Shown here: positions 1 through 12,676 of the stretch, piece by piece
How the letters are laid out: every line of letters starts with the position of its first letter
How positions within the stretch are numbered: the stretch's first letter is position 1
Assembly (NCBI GenBank): GCA_964016885.1
Contig: OZ024760.1
Coordinates: 4,464,001-4,528,000 of the forward strand
Source of the DNA: Eledone cirrhosa
Taxonomy: Eukaryota
Reading direction: 5' to 3'
DNA length: 64,000 nucleotides
The notes under the pieces: generated by a model
What the model was told of the DNA's origin: nothing
The model's input: the letters and a program-made list of their open reading frames with translations, nothing else
Database searches by the model: none
Translations under genes and position numbers: made by a program

Positions 1-786
1 AGAAACAACCATTTCCAAATGATTCAGCTAGATCCCCAAGCATAACCAACTGAGTGTATGGGTGTTATCCAACTATCTTTATCGTGGTCTACTTCTGGGT
101 CTTCTATAAAATCTGCCCAGCAGTTCTTTCCTTAGACATTCTAACCACATATCTTCTGTAGTACCTGTGTGGTGATTTCACGATTTTAAAGAAATAGCGG
201 CTCTACCTTGAGCAACCCCACAATCTATGAGCTACACACCCTATTGAGTAACGTTACTCCAAAGACCCTTCCGAGAAACCCCTTTTCAGCGGCATATATT
301 TGTGATTGTATTCTTTCGGTCATTGCCCAAGTTTCGTGACCTTAGTTATGAATAGGCACAAATACCGAATTGAAGACAGTGAGTTTGGGTTTTACACCTA
401 CTTCCTTTCTTCTGGTGACAGAGTGCTGAAGCTGGAACACTCATCTTTGAAATCGACGTATCTCCATTTACCTATTTATTTGTTTCTAGAAAACACCTCC
501 TTTGCATTCCCCCTCTTTATATTGTCTTATTCTCTATCTTTTTCTCTCCTCACTTTGGTCTTTATCTCAACAGCTCTCCCCTCACACCATCACATCCATA
601 TCTTCTCTCAGTAATGTCTTTGTTTAAATTTCTTCTCCTCCTCATCTTTCCTTCCCCTATCCAGCTACTCATATTTCTATTTTGATATATAACTTTATCT
701 CCCTGTCCACATCTCATATTTTCTCCTCTCTGAATAGGATCTTTATTTTAATAATTCTCCCTACCTTTCTTTGTTTTCATAAATTG

Positions 787-787
<1 letters not shown>

Positions 788-861
<74 letters not shown>
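788..861. repeat. (CT)n microsatellite
   Basis: Uninterrupted CT dinucleotide run. Many (TA)n, (CA)n and (GAT)n tracts occur elsewhere in the window. Confidence 0.95.
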
Positions 862-863
<2 letters not shown>

Positions 864-3391
864 CCGAGCCCGTCACCGAGGGGAGAGGGGGGCATTAACT
901 GGCACTACCATCTTACTTTTCAATGGTGCCCCCTCAAATTTGGAAAATAGAGTTTGAAAAAATTAAAAAAACACATACTGAAACATTTGAATTAAAGAAC
1001 CCACTCATAATGTACTGAAGATCCCACCACTACCATCGCCGAGCACCAAAACCTGGCGATGGACTTTCAAACAGACCCACTGTCTTCCAAGTGGGCTGGG
1101 ACATGCATCACACTTATATATGTTCCTGTACTCTATCAATTGTTCGGACAAGCCAGGGGCCCTGAATTTTGATCCTGTGATTAACCAAACGCATTTTAAC
1201 ATGGTACCAACACTAGTGTCTTTGACACAGCTTAAAAGTCCTTCCGGTCCTTTGTTTGGGCAAGTTTTCTATGGCTAGATGCCCTTCCTATGACAACCTC
1301 TCTCTCTCTCGTTAGGTTTTCTCTTGTATATATTTTGTTGATATTGTATTATGACATCCGTCGTGGAGACAGGTATAATCAGGGCCACCGAAGCAGGCAA
1401 AGATTTTTCTCAGCATGGTTGCTGTTGGGCCCCTGAACAAAGTACTAGCTGTACCTCGCCCCCTCTCATAGGCCCTGGATGCAAGGGCCTTGTTTCAGAG
1501 GGGTACCAGGGGACATCCCCCCACCCCCCACCCCCACCCCACCCCACCCCACACACCCCACCCCACACACACACACACACTTTTTCAAACGTCTATATTT
1601 TATTTTTTGTATATTTGATATAATAAATTCTTTTTAAGCTTATTTTTTTTATATCTGAACTTCATTTGAATATATAAAATTTAATTAGCGTAAAATTTTA
1701 CTTATGTGATAGGGTCCGGGAAAGGTACCATAAGCAATTTATGCTCCTTTAAGAATCAACAAATGTTGGTTTGTCCCCTTCACATTTTTAAGGCAAACGA
1801 GGCCCCTGCCTGGATGTAATAGGTAAAGTTTTTATTTTATTTTAAAGGTAGTTAGTTAATAGGTTTCGTTAGAATTTTGAAGGTGAAATATTTTTTTCCT
1901 ATACTAATATGGCCTCCATACCGTCGTAAATTACTCAATTTCTGTTTTTACCTTCACCCGAGGACTCCATAACACCCGTTTCTTAAACGGGTGAGATAAT
2001 GGTTTCTAATTTAGACACAAGGCCAACTATTTGTAGGGAGGGGCATGCCTATTTTGTCGACCTCGATGGGATTTGAACTCCCTATGTCAAAAACCAGAAT
2101 AAATACCACAATGGCATTATATTGGGCACACTTCAAATTCTGCTTAACCACCAGGAGACGTGTGTGATAATAAAAAATTATCTATATTTTTCTACTCTTT
2201 ATAGGCTGTCCCCCCAAAATGTATACATACTTTCATTAGAATGCTGTTGAAGTGTGTATACAGTTTTTGGGGACACATTTTATATCCTTTTGTGATATTT
2301 TTCCTATCAATACTTTTTATTTGCCCTATAATTTCTCTCTCTCTCTCTCTTTCTATCTCTCCTTCTCTCTTTCTACCTCGCTCTCTTTCTATCTCTCTCT
2401 CCTTCTCTCCTTCATCCTTCTATTCCCATCCTCAGTTTGCTCCTTAATCAAACAACTTTTATCTCCCGCTGTAAGCTTATTCTATCTATATCTCCCTTTT
2501 ACCCCCTCCTTCACTTCATGCTCTCCTCTCTGATAATACTATAACAGCCTTCTCTATACATTTCATCAGTTATCTTTCCTTGTTTCCCCATCCCCTTTTT
2601 ATTCCTTCCCTCTCACTCACTCTCTCTCTGTTTATATTCTTTCCCCCTCTGTTTACATATTTACCCCTCTCTCTTTTCTTTTATACTCTCTCTTTCTCCC
2701 TCACCTCTCGATATGTATTCTTTATGTATATCTATATAATCTCCTCCTACTCCAGTTTACACCTCATCCTTACCAGCACTCAACACATCAGACAGACGTC
2801 CAGAAGTGTGGTACTTAACAGATCAAAATGGTAACGGGGTTTTTTTTCTTCTTCTATTCCACCCATCTCTATCCGAACACTCACTCCATCTCCTCTGCTA
2901 ATCTTACCGATTGTTATTTTTATTCGTTTATATATAAATATATATATATGTCTTTTGTTTTTATTTGGGCGTTTAAAATATCGTACTTAAAACATGCAAA
3001 CGATAACTGGATAAGCACTCGATACGTTAAAGTAGGATTGAAAATAAAAAAGTTGCCTCGCTTACACACACGTGCGTGTGTGTGGAAAGTCAACAAAGAA
3101 AATACATGGGGTAACAATAGAATGATGTTATATAATAGTTGAACGCTTGATATATAATACATGCACACACTCATACTTTATATATATATATATATATCTA
3201 TCTAAGGCGGGTAACATTCCCGAGATCCATGGACAAGTTCTCTCCAGCGGTCTCTGTCCCTCATTATCGCTGCCATGTCCTATGTCTCCAACAGACCAGT
3301 GTCTGTCCTTAGGGCATCAACATACGTTAACCTTGGTCTTCCTCTTCTAGTGTGTCCATGTAGGGGCTCCCAAAGGAGTACTGAGTGCAAT

Positions 3392-3434
<43 letters not shown>

Positions 3435-3597
3435 AATTCCGTTATTACTAAATTCAAAGGGTATAAAAAATAATTCGTTGTAATGAAAAATATAACGAGA
3501 TCGAACAGGTGGCCGGGGATTGAAAAATTCGTTATAACGAAATGTTACCTGTATACAGCAAGATTTCAGCCGTCGGCTCCGATTCTCTCTAATATAT

Positions 3598-3726
3598 ATA
3601 TTTAATATAGAAATGGCTTCTACAGGACTAGAACTGTTTCATTCGGGAGAAATCATCAGGCTTCCTGATGATTTCTCCCGAATAAAACAGTTTTAGTCCT
3701 GTAGAAGCCATTTCTATATTAAATAT
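3598..3726. repeat. Long inverted repeat (63-bp arms, 3-nt loop), probably an inverted Penelope-like end
   Basis: Arms 3598-3660 and 3664-3726 differ at 2 positions. The arms carry CTGATGA...GAAAC-like motifs. A related single copy lies at about 16045-16085. Confidence 0.8.
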
Positions 3727-6481
3727 TTATACTTTGCTTTGTATTGAGTACCTTACTTACTGTGGTTACCCCCGATTGAACTCTGGATAAACTTATATAT
3801 ATATATATTGTGTGTGTGTGTTTGTATAAATATTAATATTTATAATAACATGCGTAGTACTTTTTGTTGATTCACCGATTCAGTAGCTACATCCACAAAC
3901 GAATTTATCCCAATATGCTATCAAAATCTGGCCATGGTGGCGAAGATGTTAGTAGTTTTATTTATACTGTAAATATTCATTATAATCATGTACTCCTGTA
4001 GCTTTTCGGAGGCAGGTGTGGGTTCATATGGTCTATGAATTACTACTAACACTAACGTGGCTTAGTGGTTGTGGTGTTCGGCTCATGATCGTAAGGTCAT
4101 GAGTTTGATTTCTGACGCCGCGTTGTGTCCTTGCTCAAGACACATTACTTCATGTTGTTTCACTCAACCCATTCAGGTGACAACAAGGAGTTATGACTGT
4201 CCTTCAAAGGGCTAATCTTATGGCACACACACTCGTGTCATGCTGAATCTCTTTGATGACTACGCTTAAGGGTACAGGTTTCTCGAATGTTCAGACACTT
4301 GCACGTGAACTTCACGAGCAGGCTGATGTTTTATCAACTGCAACACTCGTCGTCGGAAGCGACGGAGGTCCATCGAAATACTGACACACATATATTATTA
4401 GCCGAGTTCAAATCCCGCCGAGGTTAACTTTGCCTTTCATCCTTACGAGGTCTAAAGTACCAGTAATGTACTGAGCAATTGCTGGCCTTGTGCCAATAGT
4501 AGAAACAATTATTAGAATATGCGTTTAAAATAGCGTAGTATTAAAAACATTCAAACATTAGCTGAAGCACTAAATGTGGCAGGTAGAGTGGTAGTGACTT
4601 CGAAGTTTCTGGTGGTTGCGTCCTTGAGCAAAGCACATTTCACGTTGCTCCATCCATACAGATAGCAAAAAATTAGTTGTACCTATACTTGAAAGGGTTC
4701 AGCTTTATATATAACATAATAAAACCATTTGTAATATATCATAAGGTGTACACGACTAAATACATTTATAAGATAAAATCTTTTATTTTATTCAACTATG
4801 AATAGATTCTATTAAACAGATAACATTGTCGCATTGGGCAGCCAATGCGTCATGCTGGATGACTTGAAATAAAATATAAAATATTCATTAGTTTGCTAAA
4901 TTCAGTCAAATAGTCAGGCATCCATATCATCTATTATAATTCCATTGACATCTACGATGTAGAAAATATGCTGTTTGTTTTTTGTTTTTTGTTTTTATTG
5001 AGCGTTTTGTTTCCACAAACCGACCTGACCTCTCCAGGTGTTTGGTCTCCGTTGGAAATTTCAAAGTTGAAAGGTTAGCACACATACAAATTACTTGCAA
5101 GCTTTTTTTTTTTATTATTCGAATAGGCTATGTAGCCGGTAAACCCTAAAGGCACCCTACACACATTGTTATAGCATTTCACCAGCCCCTTCTAGTCTCT
5201 ATCTGTTTATGTATTTACGTGTACATGTGTGTGTATGTAACTAAAGCGTAACGTACGTTACTAAATGATCTTAACTTGCTTTTTAACAATTGATGGTGGA
5301 TAAGATTTCAAATTGTCTTAATTGATTTTCCTTGACCTTCTCACTCTTGTCACGCTAGCCATTTTACATTGATTTAAATCAATGTAAGTATGTATACGTA
5401 AACACACATACATACATATGTACGTATGGGTTATATCGAACATTATTATATGTATATATATACATATATATGTGTGTGCGTGTGTACGTATGCATACTTA
5501 CTTTTATGTATCAGTTGTGCTAGAGTGACAAATAAAATTCTTATTTTATTTTTAAATCAATTACAATTTTCTTTAATCATTATTAAACTTATATCAGTAA
5601 TGCACTGGGTAATTGCTGGCCTTGTGCCTAAAGTAGAAACAATTATTAAACTTATATCTACTAAATTACGATGGCTTCTTCTACCTATCTGTCTATCTTT
5701 CCACTGCTATTGGGATTTATTGTTGTTGTTCTTGTCCAAAGATAGATACATTGGTAAATGTACATTAATAGATAAATATAGATTGGCAGATTGATTAGAC
5801 AGGTAGGTAAATAGATAGATGTATTTATTGTCCGAAAATAGATACATAGGTAGGTATAGATAGCTGCTTAACCACTAAACATCTTGTCACCATTGAGAGA
5901 GAGAAAGAGATAAGGGGAGGATATCATCGTTTAACGCCCATCTTCCACGCTAGCATAGGTAGGACGGGCTGACCCTTTGAGAGAGATTCAGATCAAAGGA
6001 CTGTTTCGCTCACCCGGGGCTGATTTTCGCTTGGTTTCTATGGCTGGATGTCCTTCCTAATGCCAACCACATTTACAGTGGGAGAACTGGGTGCTTTTTG
6101 CGGTGACTCCTACACGACCACACTACAGTGTGGGCTGGCCGCTTTGTGTGATGATACATATATAATAATTGTATACCTACTAATAATGATAAAGCTCTTA
6201 TATGGTGCCATGAATCCATCAAAACGCCCTAATTATCATTTATACACATTTGAAAGGCAATTTCATTGCTGGTATTTCCCGAAAAGTTAGTGAATCTGAA
6301 AACCAACACTGATGGTGCAGTTTGTACAGACAGACAGCAGAGGGTCATTCCAAAGAGCTGAAGCTGATTTACAGAAAGTCAGATCACCACAATTTTTCAT
6401 TCTAGCACTTAGTACCACGGGGAGTCCATTCCAGAGAGCTGGAACTGACTTACAGAAGATGGACGTTAATCGATGATGATG

Positions 6482-6516
<35 letters not shown>

Positions 6517-7229
6517 ATTCAAGGAGACAACAAACAGATACAAAAAGTCTTATTAGTTTCATGCTTTATATGGAAAGGAAGAAAAGAAAGTTCGACATGT
6601 CAAACTTAAGCCCTTCTTCAGGAGTACAAAAGAGAGACAGGGTCACAAAAGAAAAACAGAAGTAAAGAAAAAAATTAAAATATATATGTATATACAGTCA
6701 CAATCACAGTGGGGAGGGGGGTGACCTGAATGCCATTGCAATCAGAAATATTTATCAGTAAACTGTCTATCCAGATAGCAAGGGTTCCTTTTCTATCAAC
6801 CTCTTGATACTATCAGTAAACTGGGTCTATTTAGATAGCAATGAGTTTCTTTCATAGATGAAGTAAATATTTGTTTTACTCAAAAAGTGGATGACCTTAT
6901 CAACAAGTTGTCTCAAAGTTCTAAGTTGAGTTTTCATATTTGAAACAGGTGTTAGAATTGTTGTTGTTTAACCCTAGGTCGGAGTCAGTGAATGGTCAAA
7001 GTAGTTTCTGCTGATAACCATTGATTCTGTTTTGTGTGGTTTCTGCTTCAGACCATCATCATCATCACCGTTTAGCATCTATTTTTCCATGCTTGCATGG
7101 GTTAGATGGGTTGCCAAGTCTGGCCAGAGTTAGCCAAGCCGTACATTGCTCCAAGGACTGTAAATTTAGCCAGGTATCTTACAGCTGGATGCCCTTCCTA
7201 ACACCAACCACACAAGGGCATTATTCAAT

Positions 7230-7522
7230 GTGTCGTATTTGTATCAGACCATGTGTATCAAGGACTACATTATTCCATGTTTCTAAGACTACATTATCAT
7301 GTGTGTCGTATCTGAATCAGACCTAGTATATCTAAGACTACATTATCTAGTGTCACTTCTGTTTCAAACCTTGTTTATCTTGGACTACATTATCTAGTGT
7401 CACTTCTGTTTCAAACCTTGTTTATCTTGGACTACATTACCCTATGTTGTATCTGTATCAGACCTCCTATATCTAGGACTACATCTAATGTATCAAACCT
7501 TGTGTATCTAGGGCTACATTAT
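7230..7522. repeat. Degenerate tandem repeat, about 48-bp unit
   Basis: Recurring GGACTACATTAT...GTATCAGACC/TTTCAAACCTTGTTTATCT, with two identical units at about 7336-7431. Confidence 0.75.
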
Positions 7523-7754
7523 TCTGTGAGTCCTACCACCAGTCAGTAAAGTGTTGTGATTTGAGGGAGATATTTGACTACAATTTCTAGCATGTTAAGC
7601 TACCATATAGGGGTTCTCTCTTTGCTGTTGAGACAATTATCAGTGCCACCACCCTCTACTTCCTCTACATAAGAGAAAGGGGTCATGACCTTTTGTTAAG
7701 CCCTCCCTTGTTGATGACATTGTTAATGCAGCTAGTACCCTGTTGGTGTATATG

Positions 7755-7787
<33 letters not shown>

Positions 7788-7863
7788 ATATTTATTCAGG
7801 TCACCTTGCCTGCAGGTTGTTTGGTTTCAGTAATGACAACAATTAACAAATGGCTTGAACATG

Positions 7864-7877
7864 GTTGCCATGGCAAC
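7864..7877. promoter_or_regulatory. Perfect palindromic X-box (RFX site) upstream of GPx4 coding exons
   Basis: GTTGCCATGGCAAC is an exact 14-bp RFX consensus palindrome in unique-looking sequence about 1.5 kb upstream of the first identified GPx4 exon. Confidence 0.5.
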
Positions 7878-8458
7878 AGACAGGATTTAATTAAGCTAGT
7901 ACATTCAAGTGTTAATGATTCATGCAAAAGTGTAAAAATTGATTTCACACTGCATATACATATATCATCATCATCAATTAACGACTATCTTCCATGCTAG
8001 CATGGGTTAGACGGGTCCCATTTAGAAGCAATTTGGGTTGGGTGACTGTGTCTCGCTCATATAGGGGTGTTTCTGGCTGGATGCCCTTCCTAACGCCAAC
8101 CACATTGACAGTGTGTGCTCGGTGCTTTTATATATATATCTGTATTTAAAAGCTAAACAGAAATACAATCGGTACAGTATATGGAAGGAATATATTAGGT
8201 TAACGCTTGAAATAGCAGGAAGAGGGCCTTGACGTTATCGGGCGTTAGTCCTTCATCAGAAGAAAGAATGAGAAATTAGATAGATTGAAGGGACGGGCAG
8301 GGTGGAATTGGTTAATAACAGATCCATTCATGTTACCATCTCTTGGAAAACTGTTGATGCTGGCATTTTGTGTATGATATATTTTTTTAGAAAAGTGGAT
8401 GATGGAGCGTGTCTACCTGAAATGGAAAAAAACCGTTTTGTATAAAGAGCTATGTGTG

Positions 8459-9095
8459 ATCATCATCATCATCATCATCATCAACGTTTAACGTCCGTGT
8501 TCCACGCTTGCATGGGTTTGGACGGGGGTAGTCCCACTTGAGGCAAGAGTGATTGTCTTGCTCGCATAGGACTCTCTGGCAGGTTTTCTACAGTTGGATG
8601 CTCTTCCTAACACCAACCACATTTACAGTGTGGGTCTGGGAGGTTTTTACCGTGTTGCCTACACGGCCACATTACAGCGTGGACTGTGTGTTTTTTTGTC
8701 GTGACACCTACACGATCTCATTTGTTTCGGCCTGGATGGCGCGGCACCAACATAACTTTACATAGAACGGGGTGGTGGGGGTGGTGGCGGGACGGGGTGT
8801 ATTTTGTTAGAGATGCCTACTGGCAAGGCGGGTCTTCTCTGTTACTGAGTACCGCCAAAGGTCTCGGTCCAGTGACATTGTCTTGGAGAGGTGTAAGTGT
8901 GTGAGGTCGGAGTTTATCAGCTCGTCCCAGGTTTTTCTAGGTCTGCCTATTCCGTGGCTACCGTCTATCTTTATTGCTCTGCACTTTGTTATACAGCTAT
9001 CGACTTTCATGCGCATCACGTGTCCATACCAACGTAGCCTTCTCTCGAGTAAACAACATCTGATCCCTCTTATCTCTAATTTTTTCCTAGTAGTT
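8459..9095 (-). mobile_element. 3' fragment of the same RTE LINE family
   Basis: Translates to RLRWYGHVMRMKVDSCITKCRAIKIDGSHGIGRPRKTW and has the same 3' UTR and (GAT)n tail as 16106-19023. Confidence 0.85.
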
Positions 9096-9424
9096 CGATA
9101 ACAGTTAGTTCACCATTACCGAGAACAATTGTTTCACCTTATTCAGATCATCTGCTCGGTTTAAATGAGGTTGTACAGAAAAGGAAAAACAACTGTACTA
9201 ATTTCATAGCCTATTAGACACCCCTTCGCATAAAAAGCTCCCTCTTTTTTTATTATATTTTACATGATATTTTGACGTATATAAGCATTTTTATGAACCA
9301 TGTCCAATATTTGTGGATTTTCACTCTTTGTAGGTGCTCTAGGAATGTACCCCCACAAATACTGGGGGACTACTATATATGTATGTATACATATATATAT
9401 TTATTTATTTATTTTCTTTTGCAG

Positions 9425-12400
9425 GGATTCAATTTTTATGAATACAAGGCAAATGATATAGATGGCAATGAGGTCTCAATGGAGAAATACAGGTGAGTGT
9501 GTGTATTGATGCATCAGTGCTGTAGACGAGATAACTCATCCTAACATGTTTGAACTCATTTCCAACAGTTCATAACTTCAAAGTTAGATGGAGTTACTAG
9601 TTTATTAATGTGACATTTGTCAATCATTCAGCTATGCGTTGTTAATAAATGTTTGTTTTAAAAAAAAATAGTCATTCACTGAAAAAATAACCGGCACAGC
9701 AACTGTAGCTGTATAAAATATACGCAGCAGTCCATAGGTTAATATGAGGAGAGACATTTTAAAATAAATAGCTTTGTATTATAAATCAAGGGTTGTTTCA
9801 GGTAGGTCAGTATTAAAAAGGTTAACAAATAAATTGAAACATTATCCACTGAAGGTTCCTTAAACCCTGATGAAGGGACTTTTAGGTCCCAAAATATTGG
9901 ACAGATAAAAGAACAACAAAAATACAAAACAAAGATTACCAGGTAACTTACTTTCCGTTACCCCATCTTACAGTCCATTTTGCATTGTTTAACCTATCTC
10001 TTTCAACGTTATATATTATATACAATGTTTCAAGCAAACTACATTTTATTACACTTTTATATATTTTTTGGCTAAATTATTTCAAGATGTTAAAAGACAC
10101 CTTCATTTTTTTGCTTCAGGGGCTACATATGTTTAGTTGTTAATGTAGCTAGTAAATGAGGTTTCACAGACACAAATTATAAACAACTACAACAATTGTA
10201 TGAGAAGTATGGTGAATCGAAAGGTTTCAAAATTCTTGCATTTCCTTGTAATCAATTTGGAAGTCAGGTATGTTAATTTTTTCTATCATACTCTTTGATT
10301 TTGTCCAAAAGAAAAACAAAAAAACAATTTGACTTATATTATTAAAAAAACATGGGATTCTTCTGATATTCTGTGCATCCAGTTTAAGTATGTTGTGAGA
10401 AGTGACTAAGAGAGTTGACACCAAGTAGGACATTGGTAGACAGAAACTGTGCAGAAGTCTGCTCTGTGTGTCTGTGTTAGTCAGATGACTGAATCAGTGA
10501 CTGGTCAACTGGAATACTGTAATCATTAATACTATCAAATGTGATTTAAGAAAAACTCTTTTAAAAATTAAGCAAAGAATATATACATACATTATTGCAT
10601 ATATGTGTGTATCTATATACATTACTCTATATTTACTATTATATTTTCACAGTAAACACTTTACCTCACATAATTATCTGACATAATATCGAATATATAA
10701 GATTTTGAGAATAATATCTAAACATCAGTGTGAGCGGCTGGTTACGGCCAGTTTGAACAGAAAGAGGTGAGAGAATTCTGGCCGGATACAGCCAGTTTAA
10801 AAGCTAAAGGGTTAAACATAGGCACTTGTTCCACCAAGTGCATTTTATCGTGGCACCCATACCCAAGGAAGTTGCAATGTCCTTGACACAGTTGATGAGT
10901 CTTGTTGACACTTTGTATATATGGTATGGTACGGTAAGGTAACTCTTGTTGGAGTCGTAGGGGTGCGGTATTGACATACAGCATTTCTTGGGCATTTTAA
11001 GCCTGGCAGAGCCCATCCTGCTGCAAGTCTGAATACTGTAGGTTTCTTCCAGAGAAGGATAGATAGAGATATAGAGGAAGAATCGGCCCCAGTACTAGAC
11101 AGGAACTTTTTTTTTATTGACTTCGAAAGAATGAAAGGCAAAGTTGACCTCGACGGGATTTGAACTCAGATATCAGAGAGCCAGTACAAATACCATAAAG
11201 CATTCTATCCGACGTTCTAACAACTCTGCCAATTTGCTGCCTTTACTCTATGTATAAAAACACAAACACTCCCATCTTGTTATCACTGTCTTCTCGCATC
11301 TCTTTATCAATAACATCTTTTATCCTTTCAGGAACCCGGTAGTAATGAGGAGATAAAAAGATTTGCCACTGAAACATATGGTGTGACCTTTGACATGTTT
11401 AGTAAAATCAATGTCAATGGTCAAAATGCCCTTCCTCTCTGGCTTGAACTCCAACGTAAACTTAAGGGACTTCTCTTCAAGTAAGTCTGATTTCAACAAT
11501 CATCATCAAACTTTTTTTTTTTTGTCTTTTTTAAATGATTTTAATCATTATTAATATATGGTAGGACTGGTGATTAAATTTAGTGAGGAATTTTTTTTAC
11601 ATAAAAAGGTTGTTTGTTAAGGCCCTGTATCATCAACTCTTATCATGTTTGTCGAATATTTATTTTCAGTGCCATCAAATGGAATTTTACCAAGTTTCTC
11701 ATTGACAAAGATGGTAACCCTGTGAAGCGCTATGCACCAAATCAGGAGCCTATGGTAAGTCTGCTTATCAACAAATTGAAATCCTTCTTCCCCACAGAAA
11801 ATAAAATATTATCATCATCACTATTGTAAGGCAGAAAGCCACTGAGATAGCAGCTTAACCCTTTAGTATTTACATTACTCTATATTTACTATTGTATTTT
11901 CATGATAAAGGCCTTATCTTACATAATTATCTCACATAATATTGAATCTATGAGATTTTGATATTATTTATTTTGAGAACTATACCTTATGAGTGGCCAG
12001 TTACGGCCGGTTTAAATGCTAAAGGGTTAAAACAGTCATAGTAAAACATATATTAGTTTTCAAATATTCATCTTCCCATTATAGTTTCTATTCTTAGATC
12101 TTCAAATTCATCTGTTGTCTTCTATGGTTTGACTCTCTATCTCTTTCTCTATATGATGATGTGTGTGTGTGTATGCGCTGTGCAGTAATACAGAAGACTT
12201 CCCAAGGGCACAGGCTGAAGCTGAAGCATATATATATATGCACCACCACACGCACTCATGTGCCATGGGGACAAACTGAAGTATACATCCAGTGAAGCCT
12301 CTAGCCCACACTATAAAGTGGTAATGTAGGTGTCACAGTAAAAAGCACCCAGTACTCACTGTAAATGAGGTTGGCGCTGGGAAGCGGGGTTTGTTTCAAA

Positions 12401-12521
12401 AGAGTTAAAAAGAAATTTTTATTTTATCAAAATTTGAATGCCATCTTTCTAAATGTAAACATGTTTTTTTTTCTCCTTTTTCTTGTTTTAGTCAATTGCA
12501 AAAGACTTGGAGTTGTTGTAG
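9425..12521 (+). CDS. GPX4: Phospholipid hydroperoxide glutathione peroxidase (GPx4/PHGPx-like selenoprotein); 5' exon(s) not identified
   Basis: GT-AG exons in compatible phase: 9425-9492 ([23 protein letters not shown]), 10120-10267 ([49 protein letters not shown]), 11332-11480 ([50 protein letters not shown]), 11670-11754 ([28 protein letters not shown]), 12492-12521 (SIAKDLELL*). GPx signatures VNVASx[10 protein letters not shown] and KWNFTKFL are present, with the catalytic tetrad Sec/Gln/Trp/Asn. TGA at 10157-10159 occupies the catalytic Sec position. Confidence 0.95.
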
Positions 12522-12603
12522 CTGTCTGAAGAACCATCCATGGGAAATAAAATAAAATTTTGAAAGAAGGAGAGGGGATAAAACCTTTGGGTGTTTACCA
12601 ACA

Positions 12604-12676
12604 GAAGGTTGACTGAATGAAAACTGTGGTTTAAAACTTGATTGGTTAACTACAGTTGGATAAATTGTCTACTTTT
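12604..12676 (+). promoter_or_regulatory. SECIS element in GPx4 3' UTR
   Basis: ATGA-A at 12617-12621. Helix II AACTGTGGTT (12622-12631) pairs with AACTACAGTT (12648-12657; one G.U). Unpaired AAAA at 12633-12636. The 3' core strand GGAT (12658-12661) fits KGAW. Helix I GAAGGTTGAC/GTCTACTTTT. Lies about 95 nt after the stop codon. Confidence 0.9.

Noticed and set aside
682-957. ORF with SLSLSL repeats (also ORFs at 2241-2834 and the YIYI/CVCV ORFs)
   Set aside because: Translations of microsatellites or pyrimidine tracts with no protein motifs.
1517-1580. G-quadruplex-forming C-rich tract
   Set aside because: A low-complexity (CCCCA)n/(CA)n run with no associated feature; common in such genomes.
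4057-4135. tRNA gene (also 30615-30680 and 42928-42995)
   Set aside because: A and B boxes are present but the cloverleaf is degenerate and continues into a shared SINE body.
5248-5261. 14-bp palindrome GTAACGTACGTTAC
   Set aside because: Short, in low-complexity context, and not matched to a motif I can name.
10157-10159. TGA as a pseudogene-causing nonsense codon
   Set aside because: It sits at the catalytic Sec position, all downstream exons are intact, and a SECIS is present.
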